From assembly GCA_900088475.1 (NCBI GenBank), contig FLMG01002723.1, forward strand, positions 101,554 to 165,553: DNA of 64,000 bases, read 5' to 3'. The notes below the pieces were generated by a model, which saw only the letters and a list, made by a program, of their open reading frames with translations, searched no databases and was not told the origin of the DNA. This document shows, one piece after another, positions 12,737 through 24,567 of the stretch. The stretch is from Hyphochytrium catenoides (Eukaryota > Protista > Hyphochytriomycota). Numbering within the stretch: the stretch's first letter is position 1; each line of letters opens with the position of its first letter. Made by a program: the position numbers and the translations under genes.

Positions 12737-15140
12737 TTTTTTTGGTCATTCTGTTCTCTTTAAATCTCTCTGATGAGTATGTCGGTTACCTGTGACTTTT
12801 GGTAGTACATAGCTTTGAGGGCAGCTTGGGCTTGAGCTACCACATCTCGCTCTTCAGTCTTAGAGTCCTCCAGAAGCCACTGGGAGTTAGTGTCCAGAGC
12901 GTAAAAAGCGTCCGAGGTCTTCCGCATCTTTCGCTCAGCGACAAGCGTCAAAGGCTCTAACATAATGGAATGGAGCGACAGAATCTGCCGGTGTTGGATA
13001 TTAGAAGAGAGGTCTTTGGTTAGGTTTCCTTATAGTAAACCTTCCAAAGCTCCGCCATACAGGCCTTGCGTAAAACAAGGAGAAAGAGAAAGAATCTACT
13101 TTGGGAGTTTCCGAGATAGGCAGAGGTGAATAGGGGAACCGGATCGAAAGGACAAGGAGCCACGAAGACCTCTTTTGGTTGCGAGCTTCCTCGATCATTG
13201 GAGAGTGAAAAAAGAGAATTGGGCATCTAACCTTCTCAATCAAGTCCACAGCCTTCAGCTTCAAACCGAGGCTCTCACAAGCACGCTTATATGACTTCAA
13301 TGTCGCAAGTGGGGTCATAACCTCAGCTGCAGGTAGGCACATACAGGCAAGGAGCAAGCGGACAAAGTCAACACAATGCCAGTTGGAACACAAGCTAGAT
13401 TATAGTCTAGAGTTATGGAGAGTGTAAGCGCTGGACCAGCCAAGCCATTAGGAGGGAGACCGATGAAGGGACAAGAGGGAAGAAAACGAATACATTTTGA
13501 TCAAAAGCCACCTCTCTGGGAAGGAATGCAACCACGTGCCGCAAAAGCCTACCAAACAGAGTCGCTTCCACAATCGGTTCCAGGAGGGACTCAGGTACCT
13601 CCAGCGTCCTTGAGACTGTGGACATCCTCTCTCGAATTGACGCTTCCAAGGCCTTCTTCCCTTCCTCTTTACCTCGCTTTCGCTCTGTGCCAGACGTAGG
13701 AGATGTAATCTCCCTAAGACGGGGACGCTTCGGTGCTTTCTCCTCTTCATTGTTCTGCTGAATAACTTCTCTAACCCTGTTGATCGTCAAATCATCTAAA
13801 GTTTTCCCTATGTGCACTGTCTCCTTATTTAAGCTATCGGGGAAAGCCTGCGGAGAGTTCTGGAGGCGATACCGTGTGTGTCCTCTTACTTTCTATGCAA
13901 ATAAGGAGGGGAAAGGGCGATAAGGACGATGTGGACAACGGCAAGACATTGCAAAATCGAGACTCTGTCTCCCTGGTTTGCATCACTTCCTTTCCGCTGG
14001 CTACCCGAAGCTAACCTAAGCAGAACGGCGTGATACCTTCAGAACTGCCTCCTCGGCTTCTACATCCCCTCCACCTCGGGATCGCGTCATTCTCTTCTAA
14101 TCCTTTTTCTTCTCAGGATGTACATCATCCCAACTTTTTCTTCTCAGGATGTACATCATCCCAACGTTACCTACCTCTCCAATAGCGATCGAGCTAAGAA
14201 TTTGCTTTATTATCTCTTCTGGCACATCCCGGTGTCCCTTCGTGCGCAGACTGCCAACCAGCTGTTTGAAGGTGGAAGGGAACTTCTCTAGCTCCTTCAT
14301 AAGCTGCTCTCGCACTCGCAACCTCGTCTCCGTAGTTACATGCCCGCTTGCCTCAACTCCGACCTCCCTCTCATCCGTCCCTTCCTTCATCCCCTCCTTA
14401 AGCTCTATTTTCTCTGTGTTTGCCTTCTCCATGGACTCATGATCGTCTTCTGTCGCTTTGTCCCTTCCTTCCTGTCCTTCTATTGAGGGCTCCATGTTTC
14501 TTAGTTGTTGTTCAACCTGCTCCTCAGGTCAATAGCCGCTCGCGACTGAGCGCTGTGAGGCATCTCCATTATGCTTACAGGGCAGAGCTCAGGCAAGTGA
14601 GCTCTTGGGAAGTCAGAGGCAGATGCCAGACAGCACGAGAGGCATCAACGCCCCTACATGGATGGCAAACTGCCTTCCTAGATTGCTGATTGTATGCCGA
14701 GAAAGCGCTCTGAGTGATGACAAGCGCGAGAGACCAGAGCTACGAAGACTCTCAAGAGGCTAGAGAAGAGGAGAACGCCTTGAAAGAGTCCTAGGAAAGT
14801 GCAGCAGCAGAGCGGACACGAAGCTCTTCATAGTCTTCTTCCTGTCTCCTTGGTCGGCCCAATGATCAGAACCTCAGAACGCCTTCACTCTGCCAACGAA
14901 AAAAAATCAAGCCCCACTCTTTCCCATTCTTTCAAGGTGAAATATTCCTTCCAGCGCTATGATGGCCGAATAAAGCTCTAACTACGATGGCGAAATATTT
15001 CGTATGTTTAGGTTTCAGTTCTGTGCAAAGATTCGTCTGGAAGTTGCTGTTAAGCTATCGGCGCTCCTCTCCTTGTCAGTCCAGTCCACCGTCTCGCCTG
15101 CCCCTTCATTTCTATCGCTGCTCCTTGATTTCTTGGCCAT
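12500..15140 (-). CDS. hypothetical multi-exon protein (charged, coiled-coil-like); start uncertain
   Basis: Exon-like ORFs at 14097-14495, 13413-13817, 13230-13330, 12760-12990 and ~12500-12632 with GT/AG boundaries; no recognisable family motif. Confidence 0.5.
12683..12732. repeat. (CT)n microsatellite
   Basis: About 25 TC units, inside a predicted intron. Confidence 0.95.
14104..14165. repeat. exact 31-bp tandem duplication
   Basis: TTTTTCTTCTCAGGATGTACATCATCCCAAC twice (14104-14134, 14135-14165). Confidence 0.95.
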
Positions 15141-15352
15141 CTGTCAACTGGCCCGCAGTCTCCCTTCACTGTCTGGCGCGCTCTGGACGTAGCTCACTCT
15201 GTGCCGGCTGCCGCTGAGCCTGACAGGCTCCCTCCCATAGTGAAAGTTTCTGGGGCGATCCTCTCAGTGCTTCCGCAGCGCAGAGGAGAAGACCTAGTAT
15301 CGAGTTGAAGCTTTCTTGTTCGTGTTACAGTCAAGATTTGGACCGGGTCAAC

Positions 15353-17600
15353 ATGTTATCTACTCGAGCCGTGGCTGCTCTTCGGCGAGTCAGATTCTGT
15401 TGCAAGAGGAAGATCACTCAGAGGTGGTTTTACTCTGCTGCCCATTGCAGCTCTACCTTCTTGATGATTTCCAAGTCCAACCTTGATGCCAGCGTTGTTT
15501 TACATATCCCTTCTCTGAGCTGTGACTAAGGCCCTTTGTCCGCTGGTCTTACGAAGCGTTCTTTTCGTAGCGATGTTGTGGGTCTCACCCGCGCAGTTTC
15601 TACTACCAAGAGCTTGAACTGGGACCCAGTGAAATTCCAGACACACGTGTCTGACAAGGGAGCACTAGATGAGGAGATTGGCTTCAAGTTCGTCGACAAA
15701 AGAAAGGAAGTGGCCATCATTGGCGCTCCCATGACTTGTGAGTGTTCACTTTCATGCTTTCAAGTCGTTATCATTACGCACGGATAGAGTTTGACATGTT
15801 CTCTTGTCTCTTGCGTCAATTGTTGTTAACCTCAACCTTTGTCAACATTTCTGCCAGATGGCCAGCCTCTTCTAGGGACTGATATGGGCCCCCAGATGCT
15901 GCGTGATGCAGGTGAGAGAAACTCATATTCGATGCCTGTCTCTCCAGTCTTACACGCTTCTCATTGCCACTATCCGCTCCCGTCGACACATTTTCCGTAA
16001 TACTGGTTTTAGGCCTTCATGCCACCTTGAAGGACTTGGGCTGGCAGGTGGATGAGACCGGAGACCTAGAGTTTGACCCGCCTAAGGAGTCGGATCCAAA
16101 GCTTGACCCCAAGCATGGAACTCTTCGTCATCCCTATGCAGGTAAGCCAATCAATTCTCAAGGCATGAACATGCTTCTGATTGTTCGAATGAAGTGGGCA
16201 CTGGGCTTAAGAAGATTAGGGACGCTGTTAAGGCCAAGGCTGAGGATGGAAAGTTCGTTATCACATTGGGAGGCGATCATAGCGTAGGAGCTGGAAGCAT
16301 CAGGTATGGCTAAAAGCAAAGTGAGAGGACCTGAAGAGACTGTTGTGAGTGGGTTGGACTTAACCATCCTGTGTCTCTCAGCGGAGTGCTGTCAGTACGG
16401 CCAGAGACTGGTGTCATCTGGGTGGATGCCCATGCAGACATCAACACACCCAAGACGTAGGTGAAAGCTTGTAGTTGAGCTGAATCATCTCATCGGCTCC
16501 CTATCTTCAGTCTTCCTCGGTCTGTGGTTCACCCAAAATTATAATATGGCATCCATGGGCTTAGCTTGTCTTCTTCTGGCTCAATCACCACCACCAGTCC
16601 ACTTCCACTCTCTGTCCCTTTCTAATTTCTTTAATCTTCTCCCCTTTCTATGCATCAACGTCTGGTTCCTTAGCAAGCATCAACTCAGGTTGCGCCAGGC
16701 CATCTCATTCCTCTATGTTTTGAGATATATTCATCGCCCCCTTGCTCTATGCAGGTCGCCATCCGGCAACATCCACGGCATGCCAATTGCTTTCTTGGTC
16801 AAAGGACTGGCAAAGTGAGTATAACGCCCAGCGCTGTGGTCTTGCTGTATAAGAAACTTAACCCTTTCTCTTTCTGCAGTCCAATGGTTGTTCCAGGTTT
16901 CGAATGGATGGGAAAGGGACCGTATCTAGACCACCAGAAGGTGTTCCTCTGAGGTAACGAAAGCACACAGCAGCCACACTGACCCAGGGTCCCTGCTTCC
17001 CAGCTGGTATACATAGGTCTTAGAGACATTGATGAGGGGGAGAGACGCCTGATCAAGAAGTTGAATATAAAGGCTTTCACCATGCAAGAAGTTGATCGGC
17101 ACGGAATTGGCAAGACGATGGAGATGGCTTTAGACCATCTCAACTCGCATGTAGGGACAAACTATTTGAGTGGAAAAGTTCCAAGCAGTGTATGACCGTT
17201 GGATGCATATTTAGGGCGACTACCCCATTCATCTGAGCTACGATATCGATGCTGTGGATCCTCTTGTCGCTCCATCTACAGGAACAATTGTCCGAGGAGG
17301 GCTCACGTGGCGGTAAGTCCCATGGACCAGTAACCTTGGCTTTGGGCTGTGTTACTAACTCCAACGCTTTTAACAGAGAAGCACACTTTGTTGCCGAGGC
17401 TATTGCAGAGACTGGTGAGTCTTCAAAGAAAAAACGTGCAGATCAGACTTCATGTTTGACTTTTATCCCTCTTAGGAGCCTTAGCTTCATTAGATATGGT
17501 GGAAGTAAACCCAGCCCTAACTCCCGGCGAAGGGGCCAAGCACACTGTGGAGATGGGTTTACATCTCATAGCATCCAGCTTAGGCAATCGAATACTTTAG
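15353..17600 (+). CDS. ARG: arginase, probably mitochondrial, multi-exon
   Basis: [81 protein letters not shown]; N-terminus [12 protein letters not shown] is transit-peptide-like. Confidence 0.96.
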
Positions 17601-17796
17601 ACCTCGCACACCGCGTCAGCAAGCTATTAGGTCCTGTATACTCTTTCTACAAACTGAAGACCACAAACTTCGCACGCCTGCGGGATGAGGCTGATTGTCT
17701 TGATTAGCCCACATGCCGTAGTGTGGGAAAGCTATCAATGCAAGGGTTAAGGGGCCGTCTTGGAGCCTTAAAGAGAAATCTTTGCTTATCTAGCAG

Positions 17797-18474
17797 CTAG
17801 GCCGAAGAGGCTGCCTCGGTAGCCTTTAGCTTCTCGCTAAACAGCTTCTTAAACTTGTTCACCTTAGGATTGATGACAAACGTGCAGTACGAGTTTTGAT
17901 CGCCTACGCGATTGAAATAGTTGTGGTGATAGTCTTCCGCCTCGTAGAACTCTGTCAGGGGGACAATCTCTGTCACCACTGGGTCGGTGTAAAGTTTTGC
18001 CTCCTCGACTGCCTCCTTCGAGCGAAGAGCGATCTGCTGCTGTTCTTCATCGTGATAGAAGATTACGGACCGATACTGAGTGCCCACGTCGTTGCCCTGA
18101 CGGTTCAGGGTGGTCGGATCATGGGTCCTCCAGAAGACCTCGAGGAGGTCGGCGTATGACACTTTCGATGGGTTAAAAGTGATCTGGCAGACTTCAGCAT
18201 GGCCGGTATCGCCGGCACATACCTCCTTATAGGTTGGGTTTGGCCGCTTCCCTCCTGCATATCCTGGGACGCAACGCTCCACGCCGTCCATTCGGCCGTA
18301 TATGGCTTCCACGCACCAGAAGCATCCAGCCCCAAGCGTTGCTTTCTGCATGATGAGCTGATGATGAAGAGTTGAGAGCCGCCTAAGAGGTACGCTTGAG
18401 AAGCTCCTGATGCGGAGATTGTGGGGTGGCTGGCGAGGGAAGTGGCGAACCAAAGATGGCAACTGGCGCCTCAT
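17797..18474 (-). CDS. msrA: peptide methionine sulfoxide reductase A, intronless, with transit-like N-terminus
   Basis: GAGCFWC, GYAGG, GHAEV, HDPTTLNRQGNDVGTQYRS, FYEAEDYHHNY motifs. Confidence 0.97.
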   Translation of the reverse strand: MRRQLPSLVRHFPRQPPHNLRIRSFSSVPLRRLSTLHHQLIMQKATLGAGCFWCVEAIYGRMDGVERCVPGYAGGKRPNPTYKEVCAGDTGHAEVCQITFNPSKVSYADLLEVFWRTHDPTTLNRQGNDVGTQYRSVIFYHDEEQQQIALRSKEAVEEAKLYTDPVVTEIVPLTEFYEAEDYHHNYFNRVGDQNSYCTFVINPKVNKFKKLFSEKLKATEAASSA

Positions 18475-18565
18475 TGAGAGCGATGAGAAAAACTAAGAGT
18501 AACTCTGTTTACGGGGACTGTGACTTCTCTTGTTGCTCTTGATGGGCCTCTGCCATGCTCGCTCG

Positions 18566-18574
18566 CTCTCTTTC

Positions 18575-18611
<37 letters not shown>
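18566..18611. repeat. (CT)n microsatellite upstream of msrA
   Basis: Imperfect CT run. Confidence 0.9.
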
Positions 18612-19386
18612 GTCTTCTCCCTCGTCCTCCTCTCTCTCGGTCTCCCTCTCCGCCTAGGTAAAGGTGATGTCACTACGAAGTCGGTCATCGAACTTCTGAG
18701 AAGAGACGAGAAGGTGGGTGGGGGCGATGAACAATCAGGTTGGCGTGTTTTATATGCGGAACATAAAGGGTTACGTCTGCGTTATGAGTTCTGATGGGGG
18801 TGGGTAGGGTAGGCCTGTTTGAGGTTAGCTGACACCTTTAACATTCTTCCCTTTTTCGGGAAGGCTCGGCAGAACCGTGTTCAGATCTCTTATATTCGGT
18901 ATCCATGGTTTAAGGTACACTTGTTACCCTCTCTTGAGCGTGAAATTATACCAACAAACATCGGAATTTCGGGAAGAACCACTAGACTTCCTCCTGAATA
19001 TGACAAGAACCTGCACTGAAAGGTCATTGGTTATTCTGTCATCGGGCGGAGCTGCTCGCAGATGCTGCTAAGCGGGCTGGGCCTTCTTCACCTCTGAGAG
19101 CTCAACGTGGAGCGAGACGGACGGTGAGCGGAAGGAGCTTGGGTCAGATGGCTGCGTTGGGTAAGAAGAGCTCAAACCTCTTAACGGAGATGAAGAAGGA
19201 TTCACCCTTTATAAATGCTACGTGATCCCTCACAATCGAATAACCAGTTCAGCGTGGGCACTCAAGGATTTACGGAACAGCGAGACACGCCGTAACAAGA
19301 AAGCGAGCCAAGAAGCGCTGGCATTACACCGTGATTACATATGTGCTGCTTCACTTCCCTATAAATCTGCCCTTCCCATAGCTCCA

Positions 19387-22039
19387 TTACTTGTANNNNN
19401 NNNNNNNNNNNNNNNNNNNNNNNNNNNNNNNNNNNNGAATGTCTTCCTAGCTCGTCGCCCGTCCGCACGGATGATACAGAGATTCCGCCTTCCACGCATG
19501 GAGCTCCTGTTGCTTCTACAGCTTTTTTGATGGAAAGAGAAGTTCCACTCGGAGCATCAACCTTTTCGGTGTGATGCAGCTCCACTGGTAGTTGTAATTT
19601 GTTGTTAACGATGCCGTCCCACCGAGGTTAATGCTATAAACTGACTTACCCATTGCTGCACTCCAGCCGGAGGGTACGCTGTTGGCTACTTCTTTGGCCA
19701 AATGCGCCACCAGTGGCACTCCATGGCTGAAATTGGAGCAGATTGCAACAGGGGCATGCTTGGCATATTCTTCGATTTCCGCCATTGGGAGCTCACCCGT
19801 AGTCCCTATTAAAATAGTCATCAGAAGGCTAATTTGATCATGAGAGGGAGGGTCCGGACAATCTGCCATACCGATGATAAGGGCCACTTTCCGACCCTCT
19901 AGCTTCTTGAGCAATGCCTTTGTTCCTGCCGGGAGCGTGGCGTCGATAACTACATTAGCTGCGCTTGGCACATCACCGTCGCGAGAGATAACCCCCGCGA
20001 GCGAAGCATCGTCGGATGCATCTGGTGCCCGGAGTGCATTATGAATAGATTGGCCTAAGAAAGCGGGCAGAGCCAGCACAAGCAATTAGCGACGATGGGC
20101 GATAAGTCATGGCAGAAAGATGTACCGCGTCGCTAACCACCTGCTTTTCATGCTTTCCTCACCTAGCTTGCCAGAAACACCGTGTATGGCTATTGATGGG
20201 AGCGTTTTGCTCTGGGTAGGAGCCTTTTTGGGGCTGGCGGCTAGTTTGGCTTGAAACGCCGTAATGGCTTCACCCAGCCTTTTTGCGCCTACTGCCAGAT
20301 CCTCCTTGTCATAATAAGAGAAGGAAAGGCGTAGGTAGTTCTGCATATTTTCTCCAAACGAAGAGCCTGGCAAAAAGGCCACTTTGTGGTTTTGTGCCTC
20401 CTTAAGTAGCTCAACAGCCTTCATGCCTTCTGGCAACCGAACGAGAATGAAGTAGCCTCCGTTGGGGACTTCGAAAGTCGTTCCTTGAGGTAGGTGCTCC
20501 TTCAATGCCTTCATGAGTGTATCAGCTCGGCTCCAGAGAGTAGCTGTAAGGAAAAGAATGAGAGTTAGTCTCGCCAATCCTACAAAAAATGGCCAAGTCG
20601 CAAAGGATATGATGCAGGACTAATAGATCAAGTGCATTAATTCGTACCCTTCGTCCAGTCAAGGTGCTCATCCTGCAGACCAGCCGTGATGGCAGCATGG
20701 ACCACTCCTGATATGACTGGATTGATACCGCCGCTGTTGTAGCCACAAGGAGAAGGAAGTAGTGGGTCAAGTGAGATAAGCCTTAAGAGTCGTCCACTTT
20801 AGCTGTTCAAACCTGCTATCGAGCTGCCCGCAGTCAATTATCTTCTTCAGAAGCTTAGGATGGCCCTGGATCCACCCTAGCCTGAGCGCCGGAGCAAGGA
20901 TCTTGGAAAAAGACCCAAGTGCGAGCACTGTGCCGTGCGTATCAAAGGTGAAAAATGGAGGAGGGGGAGTGATGTGCGGGAAGGATAGGAGCTGGTACAC
21001 TTCATCCGCCACAATGATGAAGCCATACTTGATGCTGAGCTCTACCAGTTTCTTCCTTTTTTCCACTGACATTGTCCTCCCAGTTGGATTGTGGCAGGTT
21101 GGTACAGTGTAAAGAAGCTTAGGTACCGCTCCTTTCTTAAGGACCTCCTCTAGGGCACTAACGACGGCAAATTTCAGCATGTTAGTAACTCATGGTTGTA
21201 GCAGATAAACAGAAGCCGAAAGAAAATGAGGGCTTTGCGAAGACCGATAATATTTACAAGACAGGCTAGAGCAAGCCGTATGGCTCTGAAAATGAGGCTA
21301 GAAGGGAGTGTGGGTAGATGAAGAGTCACCTACTCCACGTTCAGCCCATCCTGGTCCATGGGGATCTGGCGGACTGAAATGTCAAAGTCGGCCGCAATAC
21401 TAAGTGCCAAGAAGTAGGAGGGCTCCTCCATGAAGACAACATCTCCAGACTGTCATGGAGAGTGAAGGGAGGTTATTTAGGTTCACGTTTGCCACACACG
21501 CACGACATGCAAATACTGCAGATCAGCTCACCCGGCAGAAAAGGGAAAAGATGAGGGAGATACCACCCGTGACCCCATTAGTGACGAATAGCTGGTCAGG
21601 ATTGACGTCTGCAAACCGCCGGAGCACATAAGTCATGTAGTCTTGGCCATCTCTTGTACGCATCATAGTAAACAGTCCATACCGTGCTTGTATCTGCGAG
21701 TCAGGAACTCCGCCAGACACTTTCTGAACTTAGGGTAACCTGGAATAGCGCCGTACTATTGGAAAATGTGGTGAATACGTCTGCCATCAAATAGTAATAA
21801 ATTTTGGATGTGTGTTCGTACCTGCAGGAAGAGAGGGTCATCCTCTCCGAACTTCAACGCAGTAGCCTTCCTGATCTTGTCCAGTGGCAGCATTGAAGGG
21901 GCAGGCTACGTATCGATCGGTCTGTCATAAAGAAAAGCCTCTCTGATATGCTTAGAAGTCGTAGACGACTTACCTGCCCAACCTTGAAGTTAACCAAAGT
22001 GGACGCTGGTGGGACGTCATACTGGCCGTAGTCACCCAT
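19387..22039 (-). CDS. fusion of class I PLP aminotransferase (MocR/LysN/AADAT-like) and dihydrodipicolinate reductase DapB, multi-exon; 3' end crosses an N gap
   Basis: N-terminal LQYG, VFMEEPSY, YTVPTCHNPTG, ADEVY, GSFSKILAPALRLGW, FLPG..LRLSFS; the same exon runs on into IAIHGVSGKLG, then VIDAT.P, IIGTTG, SNFSHGV, ELHHTEKVDAPSGT, SVRTGDELGRH (DapB). TAC AAG TAA just past the gap is taken as the stop. Confidence 0.9.
19396..19436. other. assembly gap
   Basis: Run of 41 N. Confidence 1.
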
Positions 22040-22834
22040 TGTACCTCAGCTTGGCTTAACTGGTATAAAGGATATCGAGATGATGAAGCAGAAAATGACA
22101 CGAGCTTCCTAGAGCTATCTACTCCGCACTTGGTCAATGTGTAGCCCGGATGACAGTGACAGTGAAAGACAGAGCTTTAAGCTGAAGCTTTCTGATGGGT
22201 CTGCCATCCATCGGCTGTCACCGTTCCGAGGGGATCCGAACACTTTAGAACGGACGAAGGAAAGGCGCCTTCAACTCATCAATTTGTTGAATCTCTTCAG
22301 ATGCGCAACACAGCATTGCGCTTGTAGATCATAGAAAGTGCTATCTTCCATCATAGTGCGCACAGAAATCATCGACCTTACATGCATGCAGATCAGTTAT
22401 CACATCTCGGTTATTCTTTTCCCGTCCGAGATGGAAGTAACGACTTTGGAAATCGTAATATTCACCTTGAAGATCAGCTCTCACGACAGACACAGGCACA
22501 AGAAAAGGAAAAGAAGGCTTCCCCTTCCTTTGTTACCTCCTCGTGATGTGACTGTCTTGAAGATTCTATGTAAAAAATGGATGTGTCCGCGCGCGCGCCG
22601 TGAGTGAAGCGAGAGACAGAGGTGCGGCAGAGACTGTCCAACTGTCGGTAACACAGTGCCACTGCCACTCACAGATATCCAACCAAGGACACAAGATAAG
22701 AAAGAGACTCATCAGAGATTGTCATCGCATAAGCTGCTCAGCGGAACATAAGGTGCTCTCAGTTTTAGAAAAGTTGGCTATCGGCAAAGAAGATTAAGCG
22801 AACGGATTCTTTCACGAACCAGCACTACGGCGCC

Positions 22835-23480
22835 ATGTCTAGCCCAAAATTGCATGAGACAGCAGCAGCTATAGAAAAGCAGCTTGAGAGGCGAGAGGAC
22901 CGGGAAGACGTCATCGCGCATGGAATTCTTAGGTCTGTGTTGCGAATGGCATCTATTGTGCGCTCAATCCTTTCTAAGAAGCGTTTCTGTGTCCCTATCA
23001 GAGATACCACTCCGGAGGCCGTTCAGCTAGAGCGTAATCTGGTTGGCGTTGTTATCAAGCACAAGATGGAGCGGCGCCCCAGTCTGGACGAGGTGAAAAA
23101 CCAAGGGATCTACAGGTTTAGTACGATCTGTACTGCAGCAGTCAGAGTGAGGCTTAGCACGAGTGCCGCACGTAGGGATACCACTGCGGAGGCAGTAACT
23201 CTTGAGCACAACCTCGCAAGAGATAAGGTGAAGCGTGAGCTATCTAAGCGGGCTGCACTTGAGGAAGTCGAGGCACAGGGCATATATATGTAAGAGCCTG
23301 TCTGCTTAGCGACGTTGAGTGGTTCTTGACTCGTGTATGCTTCACAGCCCTCAAACCCCTGAAGCACGTGCGCTAGAGCACAACCTTACTAAGGACATGG
23401 TAAAGAGGCAACTTCAGCACCGCCCAAGTTCCGAGGAGGTGCTCAAGTATGTAAACCCTCCCGACACGACCTCGGACTAG
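22835..23480 (+). CDS. RPEL-repeat-only small protein, 4 exons (22835-22932, 23002-23115, 23176-23289, 23348-23480)
   Basis: Repeats KQLERREDREDVIAHGIL, HKMERRPSLDEVKNQGIY, RELSKRAALEEVEAQGIY, RQLQHRPSSEEVLK fit the RPEL consensus L..RP..EEL...GI. Confidence 0.88.
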
Positions 23481-24567
23481 CGCAATCAGTAGCTGCTGTA
23501 GTTCCCAGCCCAATGTGAAGAAGAATAAAAACATTCATCATTTCGAGCAGGACCTTACACTGTTCTTCCCAGCATGTACTGTAAAGCAATGCTGACTCCT
23601 GGTGCATAATAAGTACTTCGAAGGCTCGACGTTTGGGCTGGAAATTTGGAGATCAGGCGACTTAAACCAATCGGTCGGATCTCTCCTCACAATTCGCTGC
23701 TGTATCTTGTGCTACGACGGGAAGAGGATCAGCAACAGAAGATGATAAGGCAAGTGCATCTCAGCAGTCCAACTTCCAGAGTGAAGCATGAGGTCAACTA
23801 TACTACTAGCGTGGAAGGCTCCAGCTCCCGCTCTTATCGATATATATAGCGGGCATCATCATTTGGTAACTATTTTCTTCCAACTTAGGGTTTATATCAT
23901 TTCACGTTCGGGTCAACCATAAATACCAGGCCACGACGGAAAGAAGGATGAAAGAATCAGCTCTAGCTTATCAAGCTTAAGCACATATGCAGTGTGAAGA
24001 GTAGATGTCAGACAAACACTAAATGAAGATCGGTATCCTCGGAAGACTTCTCACGCCTCTACCAAATTGGGTAAGTGCACAGGGTCTATGTGATGGAGAA
24101 ACGAGCTCTTTTCAAGCGCGACCAAGAGATCTAATCTTCTCTGGCAGGATACAGCGTGAGAGGTGATTCTCCAAACAAGAAAGTAGATCCTCACAAACGT
24201 TCGTATCTCTTTAGTGCTTCGCCTCCATTAAGGAGTGGCAAACCAGCCCTTGAAGTTAACACTGCCAGACCGCTCACGTAGCATTGGCCCTCCGCAGTCC
24301 AACTTCACGACGTTGGTAGCTTCAACACACGAGTAAACAAGTCCCATCACACAGCAAACTGGCTGCGAGAATTAATTTCGGTTCGATGTAAATACTGAAG
24401 CGACCCGCCAGAACGCGAACCACCTCTGCAGCAGAGAAGCTAAGATTGCACCAGTCAACACGGGTGGACAACTTGTGCACTTGTGGGCATGCAGAAGATG
24501 GAACGAGGTGTACGATACGGCTATTCTCATCTAAGTTAGGGTTAGCGCACTGCTGAATGACGCAAAG

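Noticed and set aside
24534-24545. CTAACCCTAACT on the minus strand (and TAACCCTAAC at 564-573) as a telomerase RNA template
   Set aside because: Short matches lying in the SEC62 3' UTR and the U2 3' flank, with no visible promoter or pseudoknot; chance or telo-box motifs are more likely.
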